Below are positions 1-9,686 of a stretch of 64,000 nt of DNA, piece after piece. The first letter of the stretch is position 1, and every line of letters starts with the position of its first letter. Position numbers and translations under genes: made by a program. This DNA comes from Acidobacteriota bacterium (GTDB lineage: Bacteria; Acidobacteriota; UBA6911; RPQK01; JAJDTT01). The DNA is taken from contig OZ242374.1 of assembly GCA_965209055.1 (NCBI GenBank), positions 4,608,001 through 4,672,000 on the forward strand. The letters run 5' to 3'. The notes beneath the pieces are model-generated. The model saw only the letters and a list, made by a program, of their open reading frames with translations. It was not told where the DNA came from and ran no database searches.

Positions 1-93
1 GGAACGGTCCGACGCCCTGCTCTGCTCCAATCCCGAATGTTATTTCTGCACCCATGCCCGGAAGAAGACGGACCTTCACCCGAGATCGGGGGA

Positions 94-1257
94 ATGACCG
101 GGATGGCGACTCACGGTTCGGCGACGACGACGATCGCGAACCCCTTGGCGGGGTCCTGCCGCCGTACCTTCCTGAAAGTAATGGGACTGGCCATGGCGCC
201 GGCCTGGTGTCCTCTGCGCGCCTCCCCGACTCCACCACCGACTGAAACCGTAACATCGGACTGGCTCACGCCGGTGGAGCGCTTCTTCGTCCGGAGTCAC
301 CTGGGAACTCCTTCCATCAACCGGGATAAATGGCGGCTTGCGATCGAAGGAGACGTCCGCCGGCCACGGGAGTGGACGTGGGCTCAGATTCGGGAGATGG
401 AGCAGGAATCCCGCACCGTCACTGTGGAGTGCGCGGAGAACCTCCCAGGTGGCTCATTGGTGGGAAACGCCCAGTGGCGGGGCGTGCCCCTGGCCCGGCT
501 TCTGGAGGAGGCCGGCGTCGAAGATGACGCCCGGGAGGTCATTCTCGAGGGGGCCGACCGGGGTCTGGACGAACTGGAGATGGTCCCCGTGACCTATGCC
601 AGAAGCCTGCCTCTGCAGGTGGCGGTGGCCGCCGGCACCCTGATTGCTCTTGAGATGAACGGCCGCCCCCTGACTCCGGAGCACGGATATCCGGCGCGAG
701 CAATCGTCCCCGGCTGGTACGGAATGGCCCACGTCAAGTGGCTGATACGGATCCGGGTGGTGGCCGAGCCGTTCCGGGGGTTTTACATGGCCAAACGCTA
801 CTTCACGGCCCGCCGCCATCCCAATACGGGAGAACCGGTCTTGACTCCGGTGACGCGCATGGGCGTCAAGTCCCAAATCGACTCCCCCGTCGACGGTGAG
901 ACCCTGAGTCCCGGTTCTCACGTCGTCCGGGGCCGGGCCTGGGCTGGATGCCGGACCGTCGACAGGGTCGAGGTCAGTAGCGACGCGGGCAGGTCTTGGA
1001 CCCGGGCCGAACTCCAAGACACACCCAAACAATGCGCCTGGGTCCGTTGGCACCACACCTGGGAGGCTCCCCGGACCGGTCCGTACGCGCTACAGGTCAG
1101 AGCCTTTGATGATCACGGCCAGACCCAACCGCCACAGGAAGACCTGGGCCGGATCAACCGCTACGACAACCGCTGGATTCACACCGTCCGCTGCACCGTC
1201 AGACGCCGCGATCAAGCCGATGCCATCAGCCCCCGCGGAGCGAGTCGGTGGGCCTGA
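94..1257 (+). CDS. Sulfite oxidase-family molybdopterin oxidoreductase, Tat-exported
   Basis: RRTFLK twin-arginine motif; FFVRSH, TVECAEN (Mo-ligand Cys), GNAQWRGV, HGYPAR, VPGWYG and VKWL motifs. Start may be 94 or 103. Confidence 0.88.
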   Translation: MTGMATHGSATTTIANPLAGSCRRTFLKVMGLAMAPAWCPLRASPTPPPTETVTSDWLTPVERFFVRSHLGTPSINRDKWRLAIEGDVRRPREWTWAQIREMEQESRTVTVECAENLPGGSLVGNAQWRGVPLARLLEEAGVEDDAREVILEGADRGLDELEMVPVTYARSLPLQVAVAAGTLIALEMNGRPLTPEHGYPARAIVPGWYGMAHVKWLIRIRVVAEPFRGFYMAKRYFTARRHPNTGEPVLTPVTRMGVKSQIDSPVDGETLSPGSHVVRGRAWAGCRTVDRVEVSSDAGRSWTRAELQDTPKQCAWVRWHHTWEAPRTGPYALQVRAFDDHGQTQPPQEDLGRINRYDNRWIHTVRCTVRRRDQADAISPRGASRWA

Positions 1258-2966
1258 TCCAGATGGTTACAGACCGTCTCTTGGCGGCTCGACGTCCTTC
1301 CCTGATGGCCGCATTGGCGGCCATCGCTGCGGCATGGGCCCACTCAAGCGAGGTCACTTTCGTGGACCGGGCCTCTCAGGCCGGAATCATCCTGGAGGAC
1401 CTCTCGGGCGGGCCCAGGAAGGATGCCCTGCTGGAGACCTTGGGGCATGGAGCGGCCTGGTTCGATTACGACGGAGACGGCTGGGTGGATCTGTACCTGG
1501 CTAACGGGTCTTCCCTGGACAAGATTCGGGGACGGGATCCGGAGCCGCCTCCCGGAGGTGCGCTCTACCGGAACCGGGGTGACGGAACCTTTGACAACGT
1601 GACCCAGCGGGCCGGTGTTTCCGGGGGCGACCTCTGGGCCATGGGGACCGTGGCCGCCGACATCGACAATGATGGAGACCTCGATCTGTTCGTCACCGGT
1701 TACGGACGGAATCTCCTCTTCCGGAACCAGGGAGATGGAACCTTCCAGGAGATCTCGGAGGAAGCCGGGGTCCGGGGCGGCGGGTGGTCCGCGGGAGCCG
1801 CCTTCGGTGACTACGATCGGGACGGGTTTCTGGATCTCTACGTGGCCCGCTACGTGGAGTTCTCGCCTGAGAACTACCCCACCGCATGCCTCTTTTCGGG
1901 TCTGCGCGTCACTTGCGGCCCGCGCCGCTACTCGGGTAGCCCCGACCTGCTTTATCGCAACAACAGAGACGGCACCTTCCAGGACGTCTCCGTCTCCGCA
2001 GGCATCCGGAGCGGTGAGCCCTACAACGGCCTCGGTGTCCTCTTCCTGGACTACGACAACGATGGCCTCCAGGACATCTACGTCGCCAACGACGCCACTC
2101 CGGCCAACCTCTGGCGCAACAACGGCGACGGCAGCTTCACCGACAACGCCGTGCTGGCCGGATGCGCCTTCAGCGAGGACGGCCGGGAACAGGCCCGGAT
2201 GGGAGTCGACGCCGGCGACTTCGACCACAGCGGGCATCTCTCCATCTTCACCACCAACTTCTCCGGCGACGTCAACACGCTCTTCAAGGCGAATCGGGAC
2301 GGGACGTTTTCGGACCAGACGGGACCGTTGGGGTTGGGCGCCCCCAGTCTGCTGCATTTGGGTTGGGGCGCCGGGTTCATCGATTACGACAATGACACTT
2401 GGCTCGATCTGTTCATGGTCAACGGCCACCTCTACCCCGAGGCGGAGCGGCTCGACTACAAGTACCTCCAGTCCAAGCTTCTCTTCAAAAACACTGGAGC
2501 CGGCCACTTTATCGAGGTCACCCGGGAGGCGGGGGCGGCCCTGACCCGTCCCAACGGCGGGCGGGGAGCCGCTTACGCCGACTACGACAACGACGGGGAC
2601 CTGGACGTGGTGGTGACCAATATCGACGGGCTGCCCGAGTTGTTGGAGAATCGGGGTGGCAACCGGCGAAATTTCATCTCCTTCCGTTTGGTGGGAACTC
2701 GAAGCAACCGGGACGGCGTCGGAGCGCGGATTCAAGTCCAAACCGGTGACGTCCGGCAAATGAGGGAGGTCCGTAGCGGCGCCAGCTTCATGTCTCACAA
2801 CGATCTCCGAACCCACTTCGGCCTGGGAGACGGTCTTGTTGCCCAGGTGACAATCCGATGGCCGGATGGCCGGGTCCAGGAGCTTCCCAATTTGGAGGCC
2901 AACCACTTCTACACGGTGCAGGAAACAAAAGGAGTGATCCAAAAGAGGCCGGGGAAGGACCGATGA
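1248..2966 (+). CDS. CRTAC1-family FG-GAP repeat protein with C-terminal ASPIC/UnbV domain
   Basis: Many DxDxDGxxDL repeats (DYDGDGWVDLY, DIDNDGDLDLF, DYDRDGFLDLY); C-terminal SNRDGVGARI...HFGLG. Confidence 0.9.
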   Translation: MGLIQMVTDRLLAARRPSLMAALAAIAAAWAHSSEVTFVDRASQAGIILEDLSGGPRKDALLETLGHGAAWFDYDGDGWVDLYLANGSSLDKIRGRDPEPPPGGALYRNRGDGTFDNVTQRAGVSGGDLWAMGTVAADIDNDGDLDLFVTGYGRNLLFRNQGDGTFQEISEEAGVRGGGWSAGAAFGDYDRDGFLDLYVARYVEFSPENYPTACLFSGLRVTCGPRRYSGSPDLLYRNNRDGTFQDVSVSAGIRSGEPYNGLGVLFLDYDNDGLQDIYVANDATPANLWRNNGDGSFTDNAVLAGCAFSEDGREQARMGVDAGDFDHSGHLSIFTTNFSGDVNTLFKANRDGTFSDQTGPLGLGAPSLLHLGWGAGFIDYDNDTWLDLFMVNGHLYPEAERLDYKYLQSKLLFKNTGAGHFIEVTREAGAALTRPNGGRGAAYADYDNDGDLDVVVTNIDGLPELLENRGGNRRNFISFRLVGTRSNRDGVGARIQVQTGDVRQMREVRSGASFMSHNDLRTHFGLGDGLVAQVTIRWPDGRVQELPNLEANHFYTVQETKGVIQKRPGKDR

Positions 2967-4519
2967 CTCGAATCGATAGGAGCGGGGGTTTCCAGCCGCC
3001 GATTCCGAGAGTATGGGGGACAAGAAAGTCCCCCCTCCTATGCGTGCTCATCCTGGGAGTCCTGGGCCCCACAGGTTTCGCCCAAACGACGGAGGAAAGG
3101 CTGGCTGAGGTCTATTCCCTGCTTCGTTCCGAGTCCTATGCCCAGGCGGCGCGCTCCCTGGAGGCCCTGATTCAGACGGCCCCGCCCGATGCCTCGCTCC
3201 AGAACCTTCTGGGAACCACCCGGGAGAGAGCGGGAGAAACGGCCCGGGCTCCCTCCTGTTATCTGCGCGCCCTGCAACTGCGCTCCAACTGGTCCACCGC
3301 CCGGTTGAACCTGGCGCTCGCCTATCTCCGCTTGGGACAAAGCTCGGCCGCCGCCGGACAGTTCGCGCGTCTGGTCCGATCCACGGCTCCGGCAACACCG
3401 GCCGTGAGCTTTTTCCACCAAGCTCCCATCGGGGACGAATTGAAGCAATTTGCCGCAACACTGCGGTCGGAAGAGCACGAATTCCTCTCATTGGGGGGCG
3501 TTTTCCTGGTCCACGAGCTTCCTGAAGCTGCGTCGGCGGTCTTCTCCGCCGGCATCCGGGCCAATCCGGTCTCGCCTCTGCTGCAGGACGCCCTGGGACG
3601 CACCTGGCTCAAGATGAAACGCTTCCGAGAGGCGGAAACGGCCTTCGCCCGGACCCTGGAGCTGGACCCGGACGCCGAGGGCGCCTGCCTTCATCTGGGG
3701 TATGCCCAGGCCTCACAAGGACGAGTTGAACCCGCGCGGGAAACCTACGCCGAGTGCGTCCGTCAGGACCCGGACGATTACGCCGGCCACTACTTCCTGG
3801 GATCGACGCTGCTGGACCTGGACCGGCCGCAGGAGGCCATCTCCAAGCTGGAGGAAGCGCTGCGGCTCAACCCGCGCTCGGTCAACTCCCGCCTTTTGCT
3901 GGGAAAAGCATACGCCGCCGCTGGGAGGGACCAAGACGCTCTGGCCGCGTTCCTTGCAGTCGTGGACCGGGAGCCGGACCACGAAGCAGCCCTGTTTCAC
4001 TTGGGGACCTTGCACCGAAAGCTGGGCCAGCCGGAGGAGGCCCGGAAGATCCTGGACCGGTTCCAGAAGGTCAAGGCCTTCGAGCGGCAACGGTCGCGGC
4101 GGGCTCTCCTGCCCGGCTCGGTCCAGGTTGACCCCAGAGAAAGCTCCCGGGTGGCCCAGGCGGTGAACCGGTTCTATCTCCGTTACAAGCAGGCTTTGCT
4201 TCACGGCAGGTACCGGGAGATCTGGGACCTGCTGACGCCGTCTTCACAGGCTCTCTACGGCGACTTTCAGAGCTTCCGGGCCATTGCTTCATCTGTCTAC
4301 GGGAACAGCCAGTCGAGAGACCGGATCGCGGGTAGCCGAATCCGGGACGGCAACACCCTGGGCAAGAGGATCTTCTGCCAACTGGTCACGGCGTGGGGCG
4401 AGCCCCTGCCGCTCCTGGTCCTGGTGCGCCAGGGTGATGAGCTGAAGATCGACCATGCCTTCGATCTGAGCTTGGCAGGGGTTCGCACCCTGGGAGGCCG
4501 GGCGCCAACCGCTCAGTAA
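2963..4519 (+). CDS. Tetratricopeptide repeat protein, probably exported
   Basis: Repeated TPR-like helices; ATGA overlap with the upstream stop at 2963-2966; hydrophobic signal-like stretch LLCVLILGVLG. Confidence 0.8.
   Translation: MTRIDRSGGFQPPIPRVWGTRKSPLLCVLILGVLGPTGFAQTTEERLAEVYSLLRSESYAQAARSLEALIQTAPPDASLQNLLGTTRERAGETARAPSCYLRALQLRSNWSTARLNLALAYLRLGQSSAAAGQFARLVRSTAPATPAVSFFHQAPIGDELKQFAATLRSEEHEFLSLGGVFLVHELPEAASAVFSAGIRANPVSPLLQDALGRTWLKMKRFREAETAFARTLELDPDAEGACLHLGYAQASQGRVEPARETYAECVRQDPDDYAGHYFLGSTLLDLDRPQEAISKLEEALRLNPRSVNSRLLLGKAYAAAGRDQDALAAFLAVVDREPDHEAALFHLGTLHRKLGQPEEARKILDRFQKVKAFERQRSRRALLPGSVQVDPRESSRVAQAVNRFYLRYKQALLHGRYREIWDLLTPSSQALYGDFQSFRAIASSVYGNSQSRDRIAGSRIRDGNTLGKRIFCQLVTAWGEPLPLLVLVRQGDELKIDHAFDLSLAGVRTLGGRAPTAQ
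2977..3040. repeat. REP-like palindrome doublet (two inverted units)
   Basis: TAGGAGCGGGGGTTTCCAGCCGCCGA (2977-3002) and an inverted unit GGGGGACAAGAAAGTCCCCCCTCCTA (3015-3040); similar to units at 10931, 36855, 53622-53670 and 63773. Confidence 0.75.
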
Positions 4520-4534
4520 ATTCAGGTATCCCGA

Positions 4535-5773
4535 TCAGGGGATACGGAAGATCACTTCTTTCAGATGAGTGGAGTATTGGGCCCGGAGGCTCTGGTACTT
4601 CCCCCTATGGCGTGAGGCCGCTTCCGGCTCGTCCAGGCGAGTGTAGACCTGGGCCAGCTTGAAGTGGGCGGCCGCGTGATTGGGATCCAGGGACAGGACA
4701 CGGTTCAGCAGGAGTTCCGCTTTCCGGTAGTCGTTCCTGAGCCACAGGATCTGGGCGCGGTAGTAAAGCGCCTCGATCCGCTCAGGGTCTTCACGGAGGA
4801 CCCTGCCGAAGGGTTCCCAGGCCGCTTCCGGCGAACCGCTCTTGTAGAGGTTGATTCCGTAGCGATGGGTGGCCTCCAGATGATCCGGTCTCCGCTCCAG
4901 GACCTTCTCCAACTGGCGGACGGCCTCGCGGTGCCGGCCCTGCATCTCGTATCCGATCCCCAGCAGGTAGTACGGGTGCGCCCGCTCCGGATGCATCCGG
5001 ATCGTCCTTTCCAGCAACGGAACGGCCTTGGCGAGGCGGCTGGAGGTGAGATAGCCGTAACCCAGCGACTGGAGCAGTTGTCCGTCGCGGGTCCCCAGTT
5101 CCAGGGCCCGCTCCAGGTGTGAGAGGGCTGCCTCCGATTGTCCCTGCTGCAGGAGAAACAGGCCCAGGAGCCTGAGGCCGGGTCCATTGTCGTGGGCAAG
5201 GGCTGAAACCTGCCGGGCACGCTTCAAACCCTGGTCCGTTTGGCCGTTTCGGAAGTGGATCTCGGAGAGCAGAAGAAGGTGTTCCGCGTCGTCCGGGGTG
5301 GACTCCTCGGCTCGCAGAGCCGCCTCCAAGGCTCCCTTCAGATCACCACCAGCCAACAAGACCCGGGCGCGCCCTGCCCAAGCCGCTGAATGATTCGGGT
5401 CCACCTTCAGGACCCGATCGAAACGAGCCAGCGCCTGCCGGTACTTGCCCAGTGAGAGCAGGGCGTACCCCAGGTTGCTTCCGGCCGCCACATGATCCGG
5501 GTTCAGAGCCAGCGCCCGCTCGAAAGTCTCGATGGCCTGCTGCGCCCGTCCCTGTTGCCGAAAAATGATCCCCCGCAAATTCAGGGCGGCCGGCCAATTC
5601 GGGACGGCGGCCAAGGCCCGGCGGACCTCCGCCTCGGCTCTGGAGAGTTCCCCCTGGGCCAACCACTTACTGGCCTGCTCGTAGTGACGGGCAGGGTCCA
5701 CCTGTGGCTGGAGGGCGGGATTGGGCCCCGCGAGAAGTATGATGAGAGCCAGAGGAATAAACGGAAACGGCAC
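4535..5773 (-). CDS. Tetratricopeptide repeat protein with signal peptide
   Basis: About 10 TPR-like repeats; N-terminal hydrophobic segment. Confidence 0.85.
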   Translation of the reverse strand: MPFPFIPLALIILLAGPNPALQPQVDPARHYEQASKWLAQGELSRAEAEVRRALAAVPNWPAALNLRGIIFRQQGRAQQAIETFERALALNPDHVAAGSNLGYALLSLGKYRQALARFDRVLKVDPNHSAAWAGRARVLLAGGDLKGALEAALRAEESTPDDAEHLLLLSEIHFRNGQTDQGLKRARQVSALAHDNGPGLRLLGLFLLQQGQSEAALSHLERALELGTRDGQLLQSLGYGYLTSSRLAKAVPLLERTIRMHPERAHPYYLLGIGYEMQGRHREAVRQLEKVLERRPDHLEATHRYGINLYKSGSPEAAWEPFGRVLREDPERIEALYYRAQILWLRNDYRKAELLLNRVLSLDPNHAAAHFKLAQVYTRLDEPEAASRHRGKYQSLRAQYSTHLKEVIFRIP

Positions 5774-5824
5774 GGTCTAGGCTGCCCTCCTTCCGCCCAA
5801 AGACGGTAGCCAAAACACCCAGAC

Positions 5825-5859
5825 AAAAAAAGGGGCGGGAGTTCACTCCCGCCCCTTTT
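5825..5859 (-). terminator. Intrinsic terminator downstream of the TonB receptor, probably bidirectional
   Basis: A7-GGGGCGGGAG-ttca-CTCCCGCCCC-TTTT: perfect 10-bp GC stem with T-runs on both strands. Confidence 0.85.
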
Positions 5860-5908
5860 CTTTCACGGATCGTTCCGCAAGGCTGTGCAGGACAGCCTCG
5901 TCCAAGAA

Positions 5909-8900
5909 CTAGAACATCCACTTGACGCTGAACATGACGCGCCGCGGCCAAGTGACGTCCGACCCCACCCGTCCGAAGCTTCCGCTGGTCGGACTGGTGT
6001 TAGCCGCGCCGAAGCTGGCATGGTTCAGGGCATTCAACAACTGGGCCTGAAAACGAATCTTGTGATCGTCGTTTATGAACGTGTCCTTGATGATACTGAC
6101 ATCCCAGAAATCGACAATGTCCGAACGCAACTGCGCGAACCGGCGGGGGAAGGTCCGCTTGTGGGTGCCTTCGGGAGCTGCAGCGACATCTCTGACAAAA
6201 CCGGCGTTGGTGTTGAACCACCTCTCCACCGTGCCACCGCCGCTGAGGCGGTCGGGACTGAAGCTGTCGGTGGTGAAGACGTCGCTACCGAAGGTCAGCG
6301 GGAACCCGCTCTGGAGCTGCCACACCGCCGAGACCTGCCATCCTCCAAACCGGCTGTTCCTCCCGAAGGGCAACTGGTAGATGCCACTCAACTTGAAGTT
6401 GTGGGGCCGATCCGCTCGGGCCACCATCTCGAAGGGAACCGCGTCGCTGGCATTCAGGAGCTCGATGGCCTCCCAGAACCGGGACCACGTATACCCCAGA
6501 GAATAGCTGAAACCGCCGGACAGTCGTCGTTCCAGGCGGCTCTCGAAGGAGTGATACCAGGAATACCCCTGATTGGTCTGATTCAGAACTACGCCCGTGA
6601 AGTGCGGATAGGGCCGGAGCAACTGGCTTCGAGAGACGGTATTGGTGTTGAGCCCCGTCCCCGGCAGCAGACCAGCGAAGGGATTCGGCACCGCTGCGTT
6701 CAGATAGGCGTGATTCTCATTGTTCCGCTGGTTGGCCGAACTCAGGTAACGTTCGGGCAGAGCGTTCAAGTTCCGACTTCCTCTTTCCGCGAGGCGAACT
6801 CCGCGGGTTCCCACGTACCCCAACTCGAGAAGGGTGCTGCCCAGCATATGCTGCAGTGTGAGCGACCAACGCTGGTTGTAGGGCACTTTCAGGTTGTCCT
6901 GGTTGAAGAAAGTCACGCTCTGACCCAGGTTCGTCGCCAGTCCCCTGGCATTCCCGATTGGCAGGAGAATTCCACCCGGAAACGGGTTGGCAAAATCAGC
7001 GCGGAAGGTGAGCCCGTTGTCCAACGTCGGCACCAGATCCGTACTTTGACTGTACCCGGTCAGAATGGGGGAAACGCTGTTGCCCAGGATCCCGATGGGC
7101 TGGTGGAAAATGCCGTAACCACCCCGGAGGACCGTGTCTTCGCCCATTCGATAGGCGAAACCAAAACGGGGAGCAAAGATATTTGAGGGGACGTCGTAGA
7201 GGCGACGTGGAGTGTCCCCAACGCCCGCGTAGGTGATTCCGCCGTTCACGGCGAATTCACTGGCTGCGATTTCAGGAATGGGGTTCATGCCGTAGGCGGC
7301 TTGAGCAGCGGCCGCAATCGGACTCGCGGTGCCGAATGCGAAACCGGCCACGCTCCGGTCGAACCGCTCGGTGAGCGAACCGAAGTACTCCCAGCGGACG
7401 CCGAAGTTGAAGGTCAACTCCGGAGTCGCCTTCCAGTTGTCCTGGATGAACCAGGCGTAATAGTTGTGATGGGCGGCGTAGTTGTCGTTCCGGTTGATGA
7501 AGCCCGTGGAGGGCTGCCCCAAAAGGTAGGCGGCAAATCCCTGGCCCTGGGCGCTGGGCGAGGTGTTCAGAGGACCGTTGGTGAAGGTGGACCGGAACCG
7601 GTAAACCGGGTTCGACCAGCGTTGATCGTTCCGATTCAGGTAATTGGCCCGCGCTTCCACACCCAGCTTGACGTTGTGATTGCCCTCGTGGATGTCGGTG
7701 GACGCCTCGCCGAAGACATAGGTGGAGAAATCGAAGTTGTTCCGGGTCTCGTCATGGATCCCGCTGAAGCCTTCGATCTGGATGTGGGGCAGAGCCGACT
7801 GGTCCGGATCGAGCTGGGCCTTGAGCGAATCGGCCAAGGGCAGCGAGAAGATGTCAAACGGCACGCCCCGCGGATGCAGGCCGTGGCTCTTGTGCACTCT
7901 GGGGTCGGAGCCTCGGTTGTAGCCGCCGCGGAAATTCATGATGACGTTGGGATTCACGGTCCAGACGTCGTCCAGGCCGAAGGTCTCACGAATGATGGAT
8001 TCGTGGAAACCGGTGGCGCCGTTGCCGTAGTAGTCCCTCCACTCGCCCGACCAGTTGTCCAGCTTGGTGTAGCTGCCGAAAATCCGGTTGGCTGGTCCGA
8101 AGCTGTGGTCGACCCGCAGGGTCCACTGGTCCCACTGGGTGGGCGAGGCCGTGCTGGGCTCGAAGTTGCTGCTGAAGTCGCTGCCGCCCGCAAGATTGGG
8201 TTCGGGGTAGTAGGACATGAGCTGCGAGGCAATGGGGTGGATCCGGCCGGACGGGATTTGGTTGTTGGGAAAGGGCATCCGGGAGAAGAACCCGTCGCCG
8301 GTGGCCTGGATGGTCGCCGGATCGTAGATCTGGTACTCGGGTCCCAAGGCCAGGAGAGCCGAGAAGTCACCCGCTCTCATGGCCGCGGTCGGAACCGTCC
8401 GGGCGCCGTAGAACTCCAGGGTCCGCTGGAAGGTGCGCTCCCAACTGAAGGCGAAGTGGGTCTGGTCCTGGAAGATGGGACCGTTGACCGCGCCTCCGGT
8501 GCGCCGGTACGCGGTATCGGCCTTGGGAGAACCGGCCCGGTTCTGGAACCAGGCGTTGGCGCCCCACTCGCTCTCGCGGAAGAACCCGTAGACCGAGCCA
8601 TGCCAGTCGTTGGTGCCCGACTTCAGGGTCACGTCCATGGTGGTGCCGTTGTGGTGTCCCCGGGCGGCCGTGTAGTCGTGGGCGATCCGGATTTCCTTGA
8701 CCGCCTCGGCCGACGGTGCCGTCTGGGCCTGCTGGGCGCCACCGAAAATGGTCCCCACGTTGTTGATACCGTTCAGGGTGAAGCCGACGGCGTTGCCCTG
8801 GCTCCCGTGGAAGTAGAAGCCGGTGGTGATGGACCACCCGGGCTCGTCCCACTTCCATCCTCCGCCCGGAGGGCTGGAGGCACCGGGGGCCATGACCAGC

Positions 8901-9364
8901 AGGTGGCTCGGATTGCCCTGGGCCATGGGCAGAGTCTCGATCTGCTCGGCCTCGATCAGGTTGCTGAGGGTGGCGTTGGTCGACTGGAGCAGCGGCGCCT
9001 GAGCCTGGACCGTCACCTGCTCGGTGACCTCACCCACAACCATCGTGAAATCCAATGTCGGGTCGTCACCGGTGCTCAGTTCCACCGGCTGGATCTGGGT
9101 CTGAAATCCGGGAAGCGACGCGGTCACTTCGTACGGACCGGGCACCAGGAAATCAACCCGGTAGAGACCCGTGTCATTGGTGACCGTGGGATAGTCGAGA
9201 CCGGTGGCCGTGTTCTTAGCGGTCACGTTGACGCCGGGAATCACGCCCCCCGTGTTGTCCATCACGCGGCCATTGAGGCTCGCGTATGCTCCCTGGCCCC
9301 AGAGCGGCGCGGCAGCCAATGGCGCCAGGAGCATGACAACCAAGAGGATTTTCCACTTTCGCAT
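5909..9364 (-). CDS. TonB-dependent receptor (Oar-like) with N-terminal carboxypeptidase-regulatory-like domain
   Basis: Signal peptide; GRVMDNTGGVIPGVNVT domain; KSGTNDWHGS, FIQDNWK and APRFGFAY motifs; C-terminal Phe. Confidence 0.92.
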   Translation of the reverse strand: MRKWKILLVVMLLAPLAAAPLWGQGAYASLNGRVMDNTGGVIPGVNVTAKNTATGLDYPTVTNDTGLYRVDFLVPGPYEVTASLPGFQTQIQPVELSTGDDPTLDFTMVVGEVTEQVTVQAQAPLLQSTNATLSNLIEAEQIETLPMAQGNPSHLLVMAPGASSPPGGGWKWDEPGWSITTGFYFHGSQGNAVGFTLNGINNVGTIFGGAQQAQTAPSAEAVKEIRIAHDYTAARGHHNGTTMDVTLKSGTNDWHGSVYGFFRESEWGANAWFQNRAGSPKADTAYRRTGGAVNGPIFQDQTHFAFSWERTFQRTLEFYGARTVPTAAMRAGDFSALLALGPEYQIYDPATIQATGDGFFSRMPFPNNQIPSGRIHPIASQLMSYYPEPNLAGGSDFSSNFEPSTASPTQWDQWTLRVDHSFGPANRIFGSYTKLDNWSGEWRDYYGNGATGFHESIIRETFGLDDVWTVNPNVIMNFRGGYNRGSDPRVHKSHGLHPRGVPFDIFSLPLADSLKAQLDPDQSALPHIQIEGFSGIHDETRNNFDFSTYVFGEASTDIHEGNHNVKLGVEARANYLNRNDQRWSNPVYRFRSTFTNGPLNTSPSAQGQGFAAYLLGQPSTGFINRNDNYAAHHNYYAWFIQDNWKATPELTFNFGVRWEYFGSLTERFDRSVAGFAFGTASPIAAAAQAAYGMNPIPEIAASEFAVNGGITYAGVGDTPRRLYDVPSNIFAPRFGFAYRMGEDTVLRGGYGIFHQPIGILGNSVSPILTGYSQSTDLVPTLDNGLTFRADFANPFPGGILLPIGNARGLATNLGQSVTFFNQDNLKVPYNQRWSLTLQHMLGSTLLELGYVGTRGVRLAERGSRNLNALPERYLSSANQRNNENHAYLNAAVPNPFAGLLPGTGLNTNTVSRSQLLRPYPHFTGVVLNQTNQGYSWYHSFESRLERRLSGGFSYSLGYTWSRFWEAIELLNASDAVPFEMVARADRPHNFKLSGIYQLPFGRNSRFGGWQVSAVWQLQSGFPLTFGSDVFTTDSFSPDRLSGGGTVERWFNTNAGFVRDVAAAPEGTHKRTFPRRFAQLRSDIVDFWDVSIIKDTFINDDHKIRFQAQLLNALNHASFGAANTSPTSGSFGRVGSDVTWPRRVMFSVKWMF

Positions 9365-9686
9365 TACTCAAAACCTCCTAATGCAGAAACAAACTTCGAG
9401 CACTTGGGATGCACGTCTGCGAAGAACTACCAGCCGCGCATTTTAGGGCATTCCGAACGTCGATTCAAATCCCGATGAAAAATAATTGCGCGACTGGTTC
9501 GAACCTATTTCCGGACAAACAGGATTGGGACCCGAACTCTGGCCTGTCGAACAGGTGAAGTCTACAATGTCCCCCCGACGGGAGCGCCGGGAGGGGAACG
9601 GGGGGTTCCGACCGCCCGATTCCAATGGTCGCGCCAGTAGAACGCCTGATTTTTCCAGGGTTAGGAATATCGATTTGAAGACAGAA

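Noticed and set aside
5885-9478. Long antisense ORFs opposite real genes (e.g. 5885-7186, 7301-9478, 34735-36915, 45505-47565)
   Set aside because: Typical high-GC antisense shadows of well-supported genes.
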